Shown here one piece after another: positions 26,700 to 40,921 of a stretch of DNA of 64,000 nt; the first letter of the stretch is position 1; each line of letters begins with the position of its first letter. Origin of the DNA: Euprymna scolopes (lineage: Eukaryota); assembly GCA_053919585.1 (NCBI GenBank), contig CM132784.1. One strand, 5' to 3'. Made by a program: the position numbers and the translations under genes. The notes under the pieces were generated by a model that worked only from the letters and a program-made list of their open reading frames with translations, did no database searches and was not told the DNA's origin.

Positions 26700-28620
26700 T
26701 TTAAAAAAAAACAGCAAAATAAGTGGGGTTGAGACGATATAGATACAAATCTCAACAGTGCAAGCTAAACAGGACATTTGAAAACAATGAAAGCCAATTT
26801 TAAATGTAACGGAGGAAAAACAAAAACAGAACGACTAAGCCCCACATGAACAAAATTCTACTGGAGTAAGATATGGGAGGAACAACATGATCACAATAGA
26901 AATGTCGAATGGCTGGAAGACATGAAAGAAAAGTTACAAGTCGAAGAAAGAACAATGAATGAAATCAGCAAGTAAACCTTAAAGGAAACCATAGACAAAA
27001 TGGCAAACTTTAAATCACCGGGGCATGACAGAATACATGCAGACTGCTTCAAAAGATTCACAACATTACACGAAAGGCTAGCTCAAAACTTGAGAAGATT
27101 TACACAGGAAATAAACGTAGCTGACTGGATGACAAAAGGTAGAAACATACTGATACAGAAGGACACAGCGAAAGAAACTGCCTCCAGTAACTATAAGCCT
27201 ATCACGTGCTTGGCCGCTATGTAGAAAATACTAACATCACAATTGACAAATATACCACTCCCTGAATAATCGTGGATTTCTCTGCGTGGAAGAGAAAATA
27301 TGTCGAAATTGAAAAGAAAAAACAAACAAAAAACATATGATTTTCTTTATGTAGATCAAAAGATCATGCAAGAAGTAAAAACTAAGAGAAAGAATTTAGT
27401 CATGGCATGAATCGACTACAAAAAGCGTACGACAGTATCGCCCAAGCATCGATAATAGAATCCTTAAAAATGTATAAAATACCAATCAGGATCATCAACG
27501 TGATTGAAAAAGCAATGAGAACATGGAGACTGGAATTGACAGCTGATGGAAAACCCATAACAGAAATTTACATACAAAGAGGCATCTTCCAAAAAGATTC
27601 ACTATCACTTGTTCATTATAGCTATGATGCACGTGAACAATATACTTAGAACGTGCCAAGCCAGACAAAAGTTCACTGATAACGAGGGTAAAATGAACCA
27701 TCTGATGTGCATGGATGATCTGAACCTTTTTGCAAAGATCGAAAAGGAACTAGAGAAACTAATAAAAACTACCAGAATCCAGATGAAGTTTGGTATAGAA
27801 AAGTGCGCACTACTAGCTATAAGAAAAGGGATACTGGAGACGACAGAAGACATGGAACTATCCAACCAAACGGAGATGTGGGTACTAGGAGAACAAGCCG
27901 CCCATATATACTATGGAGTTCTGGAAGCAGACACCATCAAAGCAACAGAAAAGGGAGAATTCGAAACGAATACATAAGCAGAGAAAGTAAAACTCCTGGA
28001 AACTAAGTTATATAGCAGGAACCTAATGAAGATATAAATACATGGGCAGTATTACTAGTAAGATACTACGGACCGTTAATATGGTGGACTAAGGAAAAAC
28101 TGAGGGAGCTGGATCAGAAGACCAGGAAACTCATGACCATTCACAGTGCACTACACCCAAAGGACGATGTTGACCTACTCTATGTGAAAAGAAAGGAATT
28201 CGGGATGGACTAGCTTGTATAGAAGACTGTGTGAATGACACAAAAAAGAACTAGAACACACATAATGCAGACACACTGAAAAAAATCAACAAAAGAGACA
28301 TAAAGGATATAACGAGGAAAAAAATGAAGAGAGAAACAACTACACGAAATATTCATAAGAATGACAAAAGATGAGAATAACAAAAACAATTGAACATGGG
28401 TACGACAAGGACATGTAAACATAGAAACTAAATTCCTAATAATTGCAGCACCAAGTAATTCAAACATAACCAACTACATCAAAACAAAGATGGACAAAGT
28501 ACAAGAAAACAACAAATTCGGACTCTATGGACAAAGCGACAGAGCGATAAACGATATAGTAATCGAATGCACCAAACTTGCCCAAAAAGAATCCAATAAT
28601 AGTTACAAGCTGGGAAACAT
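26700..28620 (+). mobile_element. Degenerate R4/Dong-like non-LTR retrotransposon (RT to zinc knuckle)
   Basis: KSPGHD, NYKPITCL, IDYKKAYDS, RGIFQKDSLS, CMDDL, FGIEKC, INTWAV, ALHPKDDV and IVIECTKLAQKE, across frameshifts. Confidence 0.9.
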
Positions 28621-30197
28621 ATTTAGAACAGAAGCTAAAGACGTAAACAGAATAAAAGTAAACATAGAATGGCAGAGGAGGGGAAACTTTAATCACAAGG
28701 AATAGCTAAAAAAGAAATATGAACTACCCAAAATGAAAGTAGGGAAATTGCACAATAAATATATACAAATTTAAACATTACAAACAAACTGGCAGAATTG
28801 AAACAATGACAGTTAAATTTATCAAAACGAAAACGGAGTAAGAACAAATAATGAAAGACGGATTAAGCATTAATAAAACATTTTAGGACAAAATTTAGGA
28901 AGAGTAGCACAAATAACATCAACAATAAAATTTGATAATACAAGTATAAGATGACCAACTAGTTGCATCTGCACATATTTTTTAGTTATAGAAAATTGTG
29001 CAGTTTATTTTATTTTCAGTTTAGTATATTATATTATAATTTATTATAATTTTATTTTATTTATTTTATTTTAATACTTATAATCACTTCTTTCTTTTCA
29101 TGCTGGATTACTTAATGCGATTTGCATTCTATTCTACTCAGTTTTATCTGCTTTTCTTCGTTTTCCGTTTTTTTGTTTGTTTGTCAAGCAATTCTTTCTT
29201 TTGACACTTCTCTCTCTGTCTAGTTTTACATTCGACTGTTCTTTGATCATATCTTCATGCTTCTCGCCAATCCTTTAATTATCCCGAGTTTATTTCTTTC
29301 CCTCTTTCCGTCTTCCCTTATTTAATTCGACATATTGTTTGTTTAGTATTGCTATATTACTACTTCTTCCCCTTTCTAACCGGTTATGAATTCTCTTTCT
29401 TGTTTTGTTTCTTTTTCATTCATCCCTTATTTTTTGTTTACTTTCTTGCTTATCCCTTATCTCTTTATTTACTTGATGTTTTGTTCGTTCTTGATTTCTA
29501 AATACTTATGTCGTACGTAACGCAAGTATCATTCTTGATTTTTTTTTTATCTTTCTGCTTTATTTATTTATTTTCATTTCTTTCGTTTTGTCTCCTTTAT
29601 TGATTTTCTTTATTTCTACACTATCATTTCTTTTACCTTTGTTCTTTGATTCCAAATTCAGAATTTATAAGTAGATTTTCATGTTAATCATTAGTAATGA
29701 ACATTGCTACCATTATATCCCGACGCCTTACCTGCCAAAATGCTTAGTCTAGTGACATATTCCAACACTTACGTAAAATATATCACTGCCCCACTCGAAT
29801 TACTGAGAAAATTTGATCAACAACACAAAAATACTACTCCACGAAACATATTAAGAAGCTAAAATCCTTGAAGCTATTAATATAAAAACGCAAAAACTGA
29901 CCCTTAATCAGGTCGCATTCTGAAATAGTGCCAGCACACTTTAATGCTTTGGATAACTCACTTCTCACACACAACCCGTTCCTGGCACTGACCCGCTTTC
30001 TGTAATACTACCCCAACGACGCTCAGCTAAAGCCACTGCACCTCACTTGCACCTTCGCTCGTAACCCAGTTACTATTCAAATAAATCTACCCTTAATTCC
30101 CGACGAACCTCTCACACAAATTCCTGAAGATGTGTAAATCAGTACACGAAAAGTTTAAAGTTAAAAAACGCGTTTTGATCATACATGCATACCGTCG

Positions 30198-30262
<65 letters not shown>

Positions 30263-30322
30263 AAAAAGATAATACGAAAAATTGAAAAAAAAAATTAAAC
30301 GTATTAAACCACAGGGGCTTTT

Positions 30323-30405
<83 letters not shown>

Positions 30406-32434
30406 GAATCCATTGAGTGTTTCGCTGTAACATATTTCTTCAAAGAGGCTAGACAGGCAGGGACTTTTAGATTTTACACCTTTTATGCATGAACTCTTTA
30501 TTTTTTCATATTTTAACTTCTTTCAATTCCACCTTTGGTACTGTTTTCTGTCCCTCTTTCTTTCTTTCAGCTTAACTTTGCTTCATCTTTTCTTTGCTCA
30601 TTCATTTATTTCATTCTTTACATTTCATTTTCATCGGCCGATCTCTCACTTTTTATTCCTTTAGCCTTTAATTTCTTTTCATTTGTACACATTTCATTCA
30701 TTCAAATGATTATTATCTTCTATATATTTTGGTCACACATTTATTTTTATGTGTTTCAAAATTTTTTATTTACTTTTTTTATTTTCCCTCAATTCGTTTA
30801 TTTCTATTTTCTGTCTTTCATCTTTTCCTTCTTTCTTATTTCCCGTTTATATTACTTCATTTTCTATTTGTCTTGATGATTTATATATATTTATTTATTT
30901 TTGGTAAATATATTCTCCAACCTTACTAGCATCGATTAAATTATGAGGTCATAAATAAGTCCAGTATATAAAGAAAATAAAATAAACATATATTTTTTAT
31001 CAAGTCAATACATATCAATTTTATTTTCCTCTCGCATATGAATCACTTCCTTCTTTCTTTCATCTTTGCTTTCTGATAAGAAGATTTATAAATGACTTTA
31101 ATACCTGGTATTATCAAAATATTTTAGCCACTATCCATTTAAGTACGAACTTAATTTCATTTTCGATAAGTATGCAAATACGACACTAGGCACGTATCTA
31201 AGATTTGTCACAACAGACTGTTCTCATACTTATTCGAGTGACCCTCTTTAAAACAACCCTTACAAAATTATCCCTATATTAAGTCACCGTAACTCGATCC
31301 CAAAACACTTCACTCTTTTACACCCCATTAAAAGTACACGTAGTTTATTCCTTATTAAAAATAATTACTTTCAAAGTGGTGTTCATTAAACTAATCTGTT
31401 TATCTCTAGTGGTAAAAGATTAATTTATTTCGGCGTCCTTCGCCGTCTGTAAGTTTGTATGCCTGTAATGATTGCAGTTATTTTCGTTATCCTCTATTTC
31501 CCAACAGACGATGAACTATTTTGTCGTTCAAAATGTAATTCTTATGAATCAAGATGTGACGAGATTTTTGGGAGTTTTAGTCAGAATGGGGGTTATTAAT
31601 CATTTAAATTCTTTAAAGGGCGGCCATCCATATAAATGTTGCAAAATCTGTAGCGATAGTAGCATGGTTTATTACTGCTCAGCTATTCTCGAGATATATA
31701 ACAGAAGTTGTTTCGGTCAAGTAGATTTTAATGTCACCACGAAGTCCAAAATCAAGACAAGTCAACGACCTCTAAACTTTCGATTTTCCTGAGTGCGACC
31801 CCAAAAATGTTCAATATTGTTGTCACATCTTTACAGGTGCATTTACAACTGAACTTCAATTTTAGATAGAATCGCAAAAAATAGTCTCAAATCTAATAGG
31901 TCCAGCATTGTCGACCAAACTCCCACCTCTGTCCCATCTTGCATATTCTTGCATGTTCTTTCTGTTTTACAATACCTTAATGGCATTGCTGTCTAACTTA
32001 TAGCATTTGTACCCTGCGATGTACATTCTCCTGACTAATCTGACAAGCACTGAAATTCCATCACTTCACTGTAGAGATCACAAGATGTCGGAAAGAATTC
32101 TACTCCAATAGTTTATGTCGTTGGACTGCTAGACTTGGAATTTCTTTCAGAGTTGCATCTTTCTTTGACTGTACAAATCTGTAGAAGTTTAAAAGCAATG
32201 TGAACAGACATATCGTTGCTCAACTCACAACAAGACATTATCACAAATAGTAGCCACTTACGTCTAATTGGCAATATTCTTTTTTGGGCTGAAAAACTAA
32301 ATAAAATACGCCCTCGACAATTAGTCCGACGCTTGGGTTAACATAAAGCCTGGGAAGCTGGACACTCGATGAGTGTTCAGTTATATATCGTTAACATCCC
32401 TTGATTTTACATCATCTATTTGAGAAAAAGTTAG

Positions 32435-33750
32435 GGTATTTATTTAGTTTACCGACCCCTCCACATTTACGTTTAATTTGTCGAATTTTACAAGTTTTCA
32501 TGTACACTGAGAACGAATATCGCATTTACTTTTGCGCAAGCACGCAGTTATCTATATTTGAAGCCATTCAGTATCCAACGTAATCCCTATTGTTTTTCTG
32601 GCGGCCATCTTGTTTCCCATTCAGGAAAAAAACGCCAAAAAGACCCAAAACATGGCCACCAAAACATTTTTCGGCTTCACTCCACCCTTTCGATTATTTT
32701 TCCCCTTCCCAATATCGAAATGGACAATATTTTGCTCACTTTCTTAATTACATTATTTTTTTTTCACTTTCTTAATTATATTCATTTTTTTTCACTTTCT
32801 TACTACTAAAATGTGTGCTAACGCATGGTCACTTGACGTTTCACAAGGTGCATGAATATATGGCGGACATTTTAAATGACATAAAATATTTTTCATAAAA
32901 TAAACAGTTTTCACCTCATTTAAGAGTAAAAATATTGCTGGCAGTAAGTTTTCACGAGCAGTTTACAAAAGCATATTTTATGTTTTCGTTCTTTTTTTGG
33001 GGGGGTATTCAAATATACAACTTGTATACTTAAATAGGTGCTTCTGCAGTTTAATTAACCGTTTTTTGCATGGAGGAGCGGGGGCGAGTGTGTTGAAGCA
33101 CGTGTTAAACTATGCAAGTTCTATAATTGAATATTTCCCTCCCCCCCAAAAAAAAGAATGAAAAACATAAAATATGCTTTTGTAAACTGCTCGTGAAAAC
33201 TTAATTCTTTTTAGGTCAATTAAAAGGGATTAATACCAGGCAAACCGTAAATTTGTGACGGATTTGATTATCAGATTTGTGGCCTGCAACATCGAATATC
33301 CCTCAAAAAACAAATTAGTGGTCGGTGTTTTGTTGTAGCGAAAGGTAATATTTACCTTTTAATTTATTTTAATAAATATTTAATCTCAATATTGTTTTTA
33401 ATTTGTGGTCTTTTCTTTACGTTCTTTCCTTTCGCTCAAGATTTCTTGGAATTTACCCCTTCCCCCTCCAATAAACCTTACCTTTTTTTGCGCCAAAGCC
33501 GGTGGTGGGGAGGGGAGATTCCAGTCACATGTGGCATATTTAGCTTCTTTTGGCGTTTTTTCGTTATTCGAAAACAAGATGGCCGCTATTAAAAATGATA
33601 AGGATTACGTTGGATACTGAATGTCTTCAAAAATAGATAACTGCGTGTTTGCGCAAAAAAATCGATATTCGTTCTCAGCGTACTCGAAAATCTTTGAAAG
33701 TCGACAAATTAAAGGTGAATGTGGAGGGGTCGGTAAACTAAAACTTTACC
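32435..33750. mobile_element. Non-autonomous Merlin-type DNA transposon
   Basis: About 190-bp imperfect TIRs starting GGTA and ending TACC. Exact 8-bp TSD AAAGTTAG at 32427-32434 and 33751-33758. Confidence 0.8.
32945..33203. mobile_element. Inner foldback/MITE
   Basis: About 90-bp IR beginning TAAGTTTTCACGAGCAGTTTACAAAAGCATATTTTATG, mirrored at about 33105-33203. Confidence 0.75.
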
Positions 33751-34189
33751 AAAGTTAGTTTATTGTTAACTGCTTGAGGAATTCATATCGGGACATGACG
33801 ACCAGGCTGCGTATGAATCTTCAGTAGATCATAGTGCACTTCGTACTGTAATCTTGATTTTTAAAACCGCTCATAAGCGTGTATCACACCACTTGTAGAA
33901 AGTAAACACTTGCATAAAAAACATGGCCGCGATTATACGCAATAGCTTACCTCAAGCAAACCATATTGAATTGAACAATATGGGAATTGATTTATTGAGT
34001 ACAAGCGTATTTTTTATTTAGAATATATATGTCTAGATTCCATTTTTTATTTGCATTTATGCAATTTTAGTTACTTCTTGTTTTCACGTTTCCCCAACTG
34101 AACTAAAATACAAACATTATAGAAATGTGACCAAACATCTTAATATAAAACTCATCAATTAGTTTTCCGCTATACATCTGATTCCTTAT

Positions 34190-34303
34190 TAACATGCCAC
34201 GTCTCAGTTATAACGGGCCACGTCTCAGTTATAACATGCCACGTCTCAGTTATAACATGCCACGTCTCAGTTATAACATGCCACGTCTCAGTTATAACGG
34301 GCC
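34190..34303. repeat. 21-bp tandem repeat, ~5.4 copies
   Basis: TAAC(AT/GG)GCCACGTCTCAGTTA units. Confidence 0.95.
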
Positions 34304-34399
34304 TTGTTTTTGGAGAATATAAGTAAAAAAGCAAGGTCATATGTTCATCTCCAATACACTGTATTTACAACATTGTAAGTTCGTTTTGTGTTCGATATT

Positions 34400-34712
34400 C
34401 ATCAGACTGCCAGTCGCGTTTTTTTTTTGTGTGTCACTTTGTACACATTGGTATTGTAAAAATTAATTCTTATCACAGTTCGAAAAAAAAACTTTGTTCC
34501 GTTGACTTGCTTCACAGGTGACAACAATGTGGTTGTCTTGAAGTCCCACGTGGACAACTTCTTGCTATCCTGACCCCTTAAATCGTCCAGTTCTGCCAAA
34601 TTCTCACTAAGAATAATCACTGAACTGTTGTCTCATTGATCACCTTACACTTATTAACCCTTATCCTCGAGTGGTTTCAGTGCCTTGATAAGTGGTGACA
34701 TCTGTATAAAAA
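34400..34712 (+). mobile_element. Old LINE subfamily A 3' fragment
   Basis: VVLKSHVDNFL, then tail TAACCCTTATCCTCGAGTGG...CCTTGATAAGTGGTG. Confidence 0.75.
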
Positions 34713-35497
34713 GAAAGTAAGATAGAAAAAATAGATAAATAAGAGAGGATGGATAATTCAAGTAGAAAAGTCGAAAAAAGTGTAAATAGTAAAAGAACTG
34801 AGAACAAATAGAAATAAGGAAAAATAAAATGATACAGGGAATAAAACTTAATGCAGAAAAATACATCAGGAATCAGAGAGATGGAGAAAGAAAAAAAGAG
34901 AGATGTTGAGTGGGTGCGCGAATAAAAAGATAGAGAAACGAAGAAAGACTTAGAGGAAAGAAATATTAGAACTAATACATAAAGTGAGAACTAGAGAAAG
35001 GAAATTGTGGCAAAAAATAAATAGATAGAAAGAGAAACAAAAAAAAAGTGAACAAGAGATACGGAAAAATATGCATAAAGAGAAAACACTAGGAAAATAA
35101 GCTAGCGAAACATGTTGGGAAGCATGAAGTGAAAGAGAAATAAATGAATCGATACATGAAGAGAGAGACACACACACAGACAGAGAGGGGGAGAGAGAGA
35201 GGGAGAGAGAGGCGGGGCAAAAAGAAAAGAAAAAGAAAGAAACACAGAAGAAGCTTCTAATTTCCATGTTTACTTTGTTCTTCATCCAAAAGAGCGAAGT
35301 GCACAGAGATTCAATTATTATTTTCGGACATTCTGAATCGGAAAGCCTAGTTGAAATTCTGCCACGCATATTAAATTCACCTGAGAATTGATGTTGTTGG
35401 AAACAGAATGCACCATTTCTCCATCCGAACTATAGATAATATGAAAGTTAGTTTTCAATGAATGGTTTACTTAGAGTTTTCCTTTTGTGAAATAAAA

Positions 35498-35669
35498 GAG
35501 ATTATTCATTTTATTTATCACGGACAATTATCCTCATCTTTTATTAGTTGTTTCATGACGTTTCGGCCAACTATTCCTCTGGCCTTCGTCAAGTGTCCGA
35601 AACATCGTGAAACAACCAATAAATGATGAGGACCATAGTCCGCAATAAATAAATTAATAAATAATACTC
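35498..35669. mobile_element. Penelope-like inverted terminal fragment with minimal hammerhead
   Basis: About 70-bp IR (35498-35566 / 35597-35669). Minus strand reads TTGACGA-AGGCCA-loop-TGGCC-GAAACGTC. Confidence 0.6.
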
Positions 35670-36179
35670 ATCTCTATGAATTTCAGTTAAAAATAAAAGA
35701 GATTATGTAGAATAGAATAGCAGTTATCTAATTATAATAGCGATTGGGTGTTTGTTTGCCATTTTTCATTAAGAGTTTCTTTTTCTCTATAAAAATAATT
35801 AAGCTTTTTTTGTATGCATGCGTATCTAATAGTTTCTTAGTCATATTCAGGCTATAAAACTGCTTGGCAGAACTGTATGGAATTTGATACAGTGCACAAT
35901 TAAGATGCCGATGTGTCATAGCGTCGGTATAAAATGTAAATACTTCATTAATATACGCTGACATCATTATATTTACTACTATTGTTACTGTTACTACTAC
36001 TATTACTATTACTAATAATAGTAACAGTGCTGCTCCCTAAAATACTACTATTAATTTTGGAGATATTGAAAACTCAAAATATCTATATATTAATAGAATG
36101 GCTTGTGTGTTATTTATTTTGTGCCTCATACTTACATCCGAGTGACTGTGATTTAATTGTTATGGACTTCTATTTCTTG

Positions 36180-36425
36180 TAATAAATAACTTTACCAAGC
36201 ATTGCTCATAAGTTGTGGTTTCGGTTACGATTATAGCTGATGGCACTCAAGTCATTTATTATTTTATGAATAATTTTACCAAGAATTCTTCACATTTGTT
36301 GGTTTCGGTTTCGATTATAGTCGGTGGCACTTAAGTCATCTATATTTTTATAAATAATTTTATCAAGAATTCTTTATAAGTTTTGGTTTAAATTTCGATT
36401 ATAGCTGATGCAACTAAGTCATATG
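36180..36425. repeat. ~84-bp tandem repeat, 3 copies
   Basis: Recurrent TTTACCAAG...GGTTTCGGTT.CGATTATAG...AAGTCAT. Confidence 0.85.
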
Positions 36426-36466
36426 GATATATTTTTTTATTTGGGAACTCGAACTTGTATAATATA

Positions 36467-38452
36467 CTAGCAGGACCCGTTAATCGGCAATGCCCGGTGG
36501 AAGCATGCACACTCATAAAATATTAAATTATTGTTGTTGTTCTTGTTGCTGTTGTTGTTGGTTTTGTTGCCCAAACCTCAATCTCCTCATGTAAAGAACG
36601 GGGTTTGAATTAGACACCCCAATCCTTATGTTAAGAATGGCTTGCGGAATAGACACCTCCAACTTTCTCATGTAAGGAACGGTTTTCTGAATGGTCACCC
36701 GTAACATCCCCATGTGTAGCACAGCTTTCGGAATAGACACCCAATTTAAGCTTGATGGTTGCTGTCAGGATCCCCACATTTAAATACTATGAACTAATAA
36801 AGATATTTGATGGGGGCAGTGTCGGACATATAGAATTAGATTTGTTCTTCGCTCGTGTGTACTAATCTGGAGGCCAGTGATTTAAAGTGCACAATACGGG
36901 GCGTTTTATCTATAAAAAACTACTTGTATCCGTCAAATATAAATGAGATTTTCTTAATCAGGATAGTAGAAGAGTTATAAAGATCGTTATTTTGAAGAAA
37001 GGTGTGTATATGGAGCGGAAGTAAAAATGTATCATTAAATCTAGAACAGTTGATCTATAATCAAACATGTTCCCTCGTTACAAAAATAAGGTCAAACCCC
37101 AAACCTCCTCATATAATGAACGATATAGACACCCCTTGTGAGGGGGTTGCCAAAACATTTGCCCAAATTTAACCTTGATAATCACTGTCAGAATCCCCAC
37201 GCGGAAATACTATAAACAAAAAAAAGAGGCGACTTGTCGGATACAATTATATTTGTGCTTAGCCCGTACGAATCAGGCTGCCAGTGTTATAAAGTGAATA
37301 ATACAGGACTTTATATCTCGGAAAGTACTTGTATCAGCCAAATGTAAATGATATTGTCTTATTAAGCATAGCGGAAAACATTTAAACTCGGCATTTTGAG
37401 AAAAGTTGGTAGGTGAAGCCAAGTAAAAAAATTTTAAAGTTGAAAGATCAATTGGTCTATCATCGAACATATAACAAATAAGTGATCTCGTAGACACAGA
37501 ACTTTAGTGTAATGCATACCTGCAAAAATATTAGGACGTCAACTTAATTCTAAGCGGTTAATGCTGAAACGAAAAATAAATAATAGTACGCGTAAATATA
37601 TTTTTTTCTTTCAAAGGGTGTTTTTGAGGGATGGATATCTGCGTGATATAAATGTGTACATAGGTATCTACAAATACAATGTAAAAAACAACAAAAAAGA
37701 AAACACTCTATTATAAAACAAATTACAAGAAAAAAACAAAAAAAAAGTAGGATCGTTGCCAGTTCGTTAAAAGGAATCGAAATCAGAAAAAAAGCAATGT
37801 TACCCGTAAATATTATTTTGTTTGTTTCAGAGGTTGTTTTATTTCGTTGGAGGTAATTGCGTTTTGATGATGAGTGTAACGGTATAAGTAACTAACTTTC
37901 TGATTATGGGCAGTTATTGTTTTGTATCTGGATTAATATTAAGAAAGCAATTGCCTCGTATAGGGAGCAATTTTTGAAAAAGTGTTGTGTGTTCGTTTAT
38001 GAAATAGGTATGTACTTCGGAATAACGGGTTTGTAAGCTCTCAGCCAATGAGGATTACCGGAATTTGAGAAGAGAGAATTTATTATAATTGAATATGGAA
38101 ATACAAATATAATGCTATGACTATGAGTTTATGGTCCAGTTATGAAGTGTGCCATGACAATATATGTAAAATGTGTGTATTTCCTTCCTTGGGCGATAAG
38201 AGAACTATAGGTTTAGAGGGGAAAATTGGGCTTTTTTCGCTAGGGATGCTACGGTTGTGATGGTGATGCTCCTATGATGCAATGTAGGATTTTCTTATAC
38301 AAGGAAAATGCGTCTAATATTTCGTTCTAAAGTTTCATAAAGTTGTGGCTAATAGTCTAGACATAACAAATTTATATGTGACATCTGTTGTTGCAATCTT
38401 ACCGTGCTTTGGTGTAGAGGGGGATTTCTGTAATTTTTTTTAATATATATGG
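36467..38452 (-). mobile_element. Non-autonomous Helitron, family shared with 56977-58651
   Basis: A|CTAGCAGGA...CGGCAATGCCCGG. Distal region 38000-38410 aligns with 58190-58620. Internal ~40-bp tandem repeats at 36575-36745. Confidence 0.6.
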
Positions 38453-40478
38453 AGAAAAAATGGATCAAACATTAACTCTATAGAAATATATATGTATATA
38501 CAAATTATGCAAGAATTTAAATAGCATATTTAAGCGTACTTTACGGCTGGGCTACACCGGATGCCCTTTTATTGCTTTGATAAATAATTTTGCAGTTTTT
38601 ACAAAAGGGCTATTATAATATCAAAGCGTCCCGATTTATGCTGAGCATTTACCGAATGGCAACATAAAATATTACATAATTGCTGTAAAATAACTATGGG
38701 CGAATTTTTTGATTATGCTGTGCTATAGAGAGTCAAAATAAACATACTACTACTACTGCTTATCCTACTACTGCTACTACTACTACTACTACTACTACTA
38801 ATAATAATAATAATAATAACAATAAAAATGATAATAGTAAAAACTTCGAGAACAAGGAGAAACATTGAAGAACTTTAGCATGAATAACATTTTTTATGCT
38901 GAATATAATAAAATTCATAATACTAATACGAATATTAAAGAGGATTNNNNNNNNNNNNNNNNNNNNNNNNNNNNNNNNNNNNNNNNNNNNNNNNNNNNNN
39001 NNNNNNNNNNNNNNNNNNNNNNNNNNNNNNNNNNNNNNNNNNNNNNNNNNNNNNNNNNNNNNNNNNNNNNNNNNNNNNNNNNNNNNNNNNNNNNNNNNNT
39101 AAAATAAAAGGTAATTTCAACTTCTCTACCAATTTTCGGCATTTGTAATCGTGCTCGAATGCATTTTATTTCATTTTAGTGGATGGATAGTTGCAGTTTT
39201 TTTCTGATAACTTAAGGACAATATAGGTTCATTGATATAATAATTAATTGGATAATTTTGCACTAGAAAACAGTCACTATCAAGAATTTTAAATGCCAAC
39301 GTAATTAAAGGAATAAATTGTGAGACTTTTGTCATTTATTTGTTTTATGCTCTGTAATCACATTCAGCCTTATAAATAAAGAATTAGTATATGAAATGTG
39401 ACACATAATTAATATTAATCATATTTCCATATTTGATGGAAGGAAAACAAAAACTTGCCGCTATGGTTTCAATTACAGCATGAATAGACTTGATTCCGAA
39501 TTTTTCTCCTATATTTTATCTCACCTATTTTTGAAATAGGGTACGATTATAAACACCATTAGTATCAAATAAGCCTCATGCACTGTGAATTTTTTTATGC
39601 ATAAAAATCAAAGTGGGTAGATAGAACATATGAGAATATTTGGAAACAATTCTCCCCTTGCTATATTTTCAGATCATTTGATACCAGCAGTGTTTGTCTT
39701 CCCTTCATCAAGGCTAGATGTTTTGGGAAAATATCAGATATTTTGTAAATCATGCTATACTAAGAAAACAAATGACTCTGATTGAAATATTGGTAAAGAC
39801 ACGGTATGTTTCCATCCCCGAAAAATCCATTAATATTACCACTAGTATACGTTTTCGAGGGTGCTGAAAACGAAAATAACAGTAAAAATCCCAGGAAACG
39901 AGTAGTTCCTAATATATAAACAAATTTTATTTAGGGGTAACTTGTATGTATTAATTGAATGCAAAATGAACATCCAGTTTATAGCCAAAATGGACATATA
40001 GTGGGTGCTCATTTTACGTTAAATTCATGTAGGAAAGTGAATTTCCCCTTCTTGAAGTAGTAATGTGCGACCTTAAGAGCAAAATCCACGTAGCCCACTA
40101 CAAAATGCAGGTCAACAGTTATCCAACGAGCCTTCATTTGTTAAATTCCGATCAGTAGCTGATTTCGAACTAATAAAATTGACCCAAAAAGCGTTATATC
40201 AAAATATGGATACTTCTACAATCGTTGCAATATAGAATATTAAAAGTGTATGTCTTTGATTCCATGATCGCAACTACATAAATATTTGCAGACTTTTTGC
40301 AGACTATAATGCTATTCTATTGTTAAAACTATATTGTCGAACAAATAAAATATGCCCAACTCAGCATAACATTATATATTTACTATCCTAGCAAGCCAGC
40401 TATCGTTTTGCTGCTTTGGTATGAATTTTGCTTCGGATTTGTTGGCTTGGTTGTCTCCCCTATAGCCTTGCCAAGCCA

Positions 40479-40561
<83 letters not shown>

Positions 40562-40622
40562 TGAGAGATTATATATAATAAATTCCACTGCCACAAAAGA
40601 CATGCCAGTCAACGAACTGGAA

Positions 40623-40667
40623 GTCCAAGATTCGAGTTTCGCCCTCATTTGAGTTCATCAGTTAGAC
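40623..40667 (-). ncRNA. Type I hammerhead ribozyme (minimal)
   Basis: GTCTAA CTGATGA ACTC-AAATGA-GGGC GAAAC TCGA ATC TTGGAC. Stem I GTCTAA/TTGGAC; palindromic TCGA loop 3. Confidence 0.75.
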
Positions 40668-40921
40668 AAATCTGAAGTAGATATGCCTAACTGAAGAGTC
40701 CAAATGAGGGCTGAAAATCCTATCATTAATTGTTCGCTAGGTTAGCATTGCTGAATGGCATCGTCTTATCGAGTTAAACCTCTTACATTTGAGGCATCGG
40801 CTTGGAGTTATTAGCTGGTTGGATGACTGCGCCCCTTATCGAGGCAAAGTATGTCCACTGCACAGTCGGATTTCGTCGCGGTTATCTCTATCTGTGTAAG
40901 TTAATAGAGTTTCTTTTGTGC

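Noticed and set aside
30093-30443. ORFs with (IY)n or X runs
   Set aside because: Translations of (TA)n microsatellites or N gaps.
31960-32260. THAP-like YVCSHCF on minus
   Set aside because: A single short motif amid stops; not enough support.
34190-34303. CRISPR-like array
   Set aside because: Contiguous repeats without spacers, in a eukaryotic context.
40380-40482. Helitron-like 3' end (GGCTTGG/CCAAGCC then CTAA)
   Set aside because: Hairpin spacing is atypical and no 5' end was identified.
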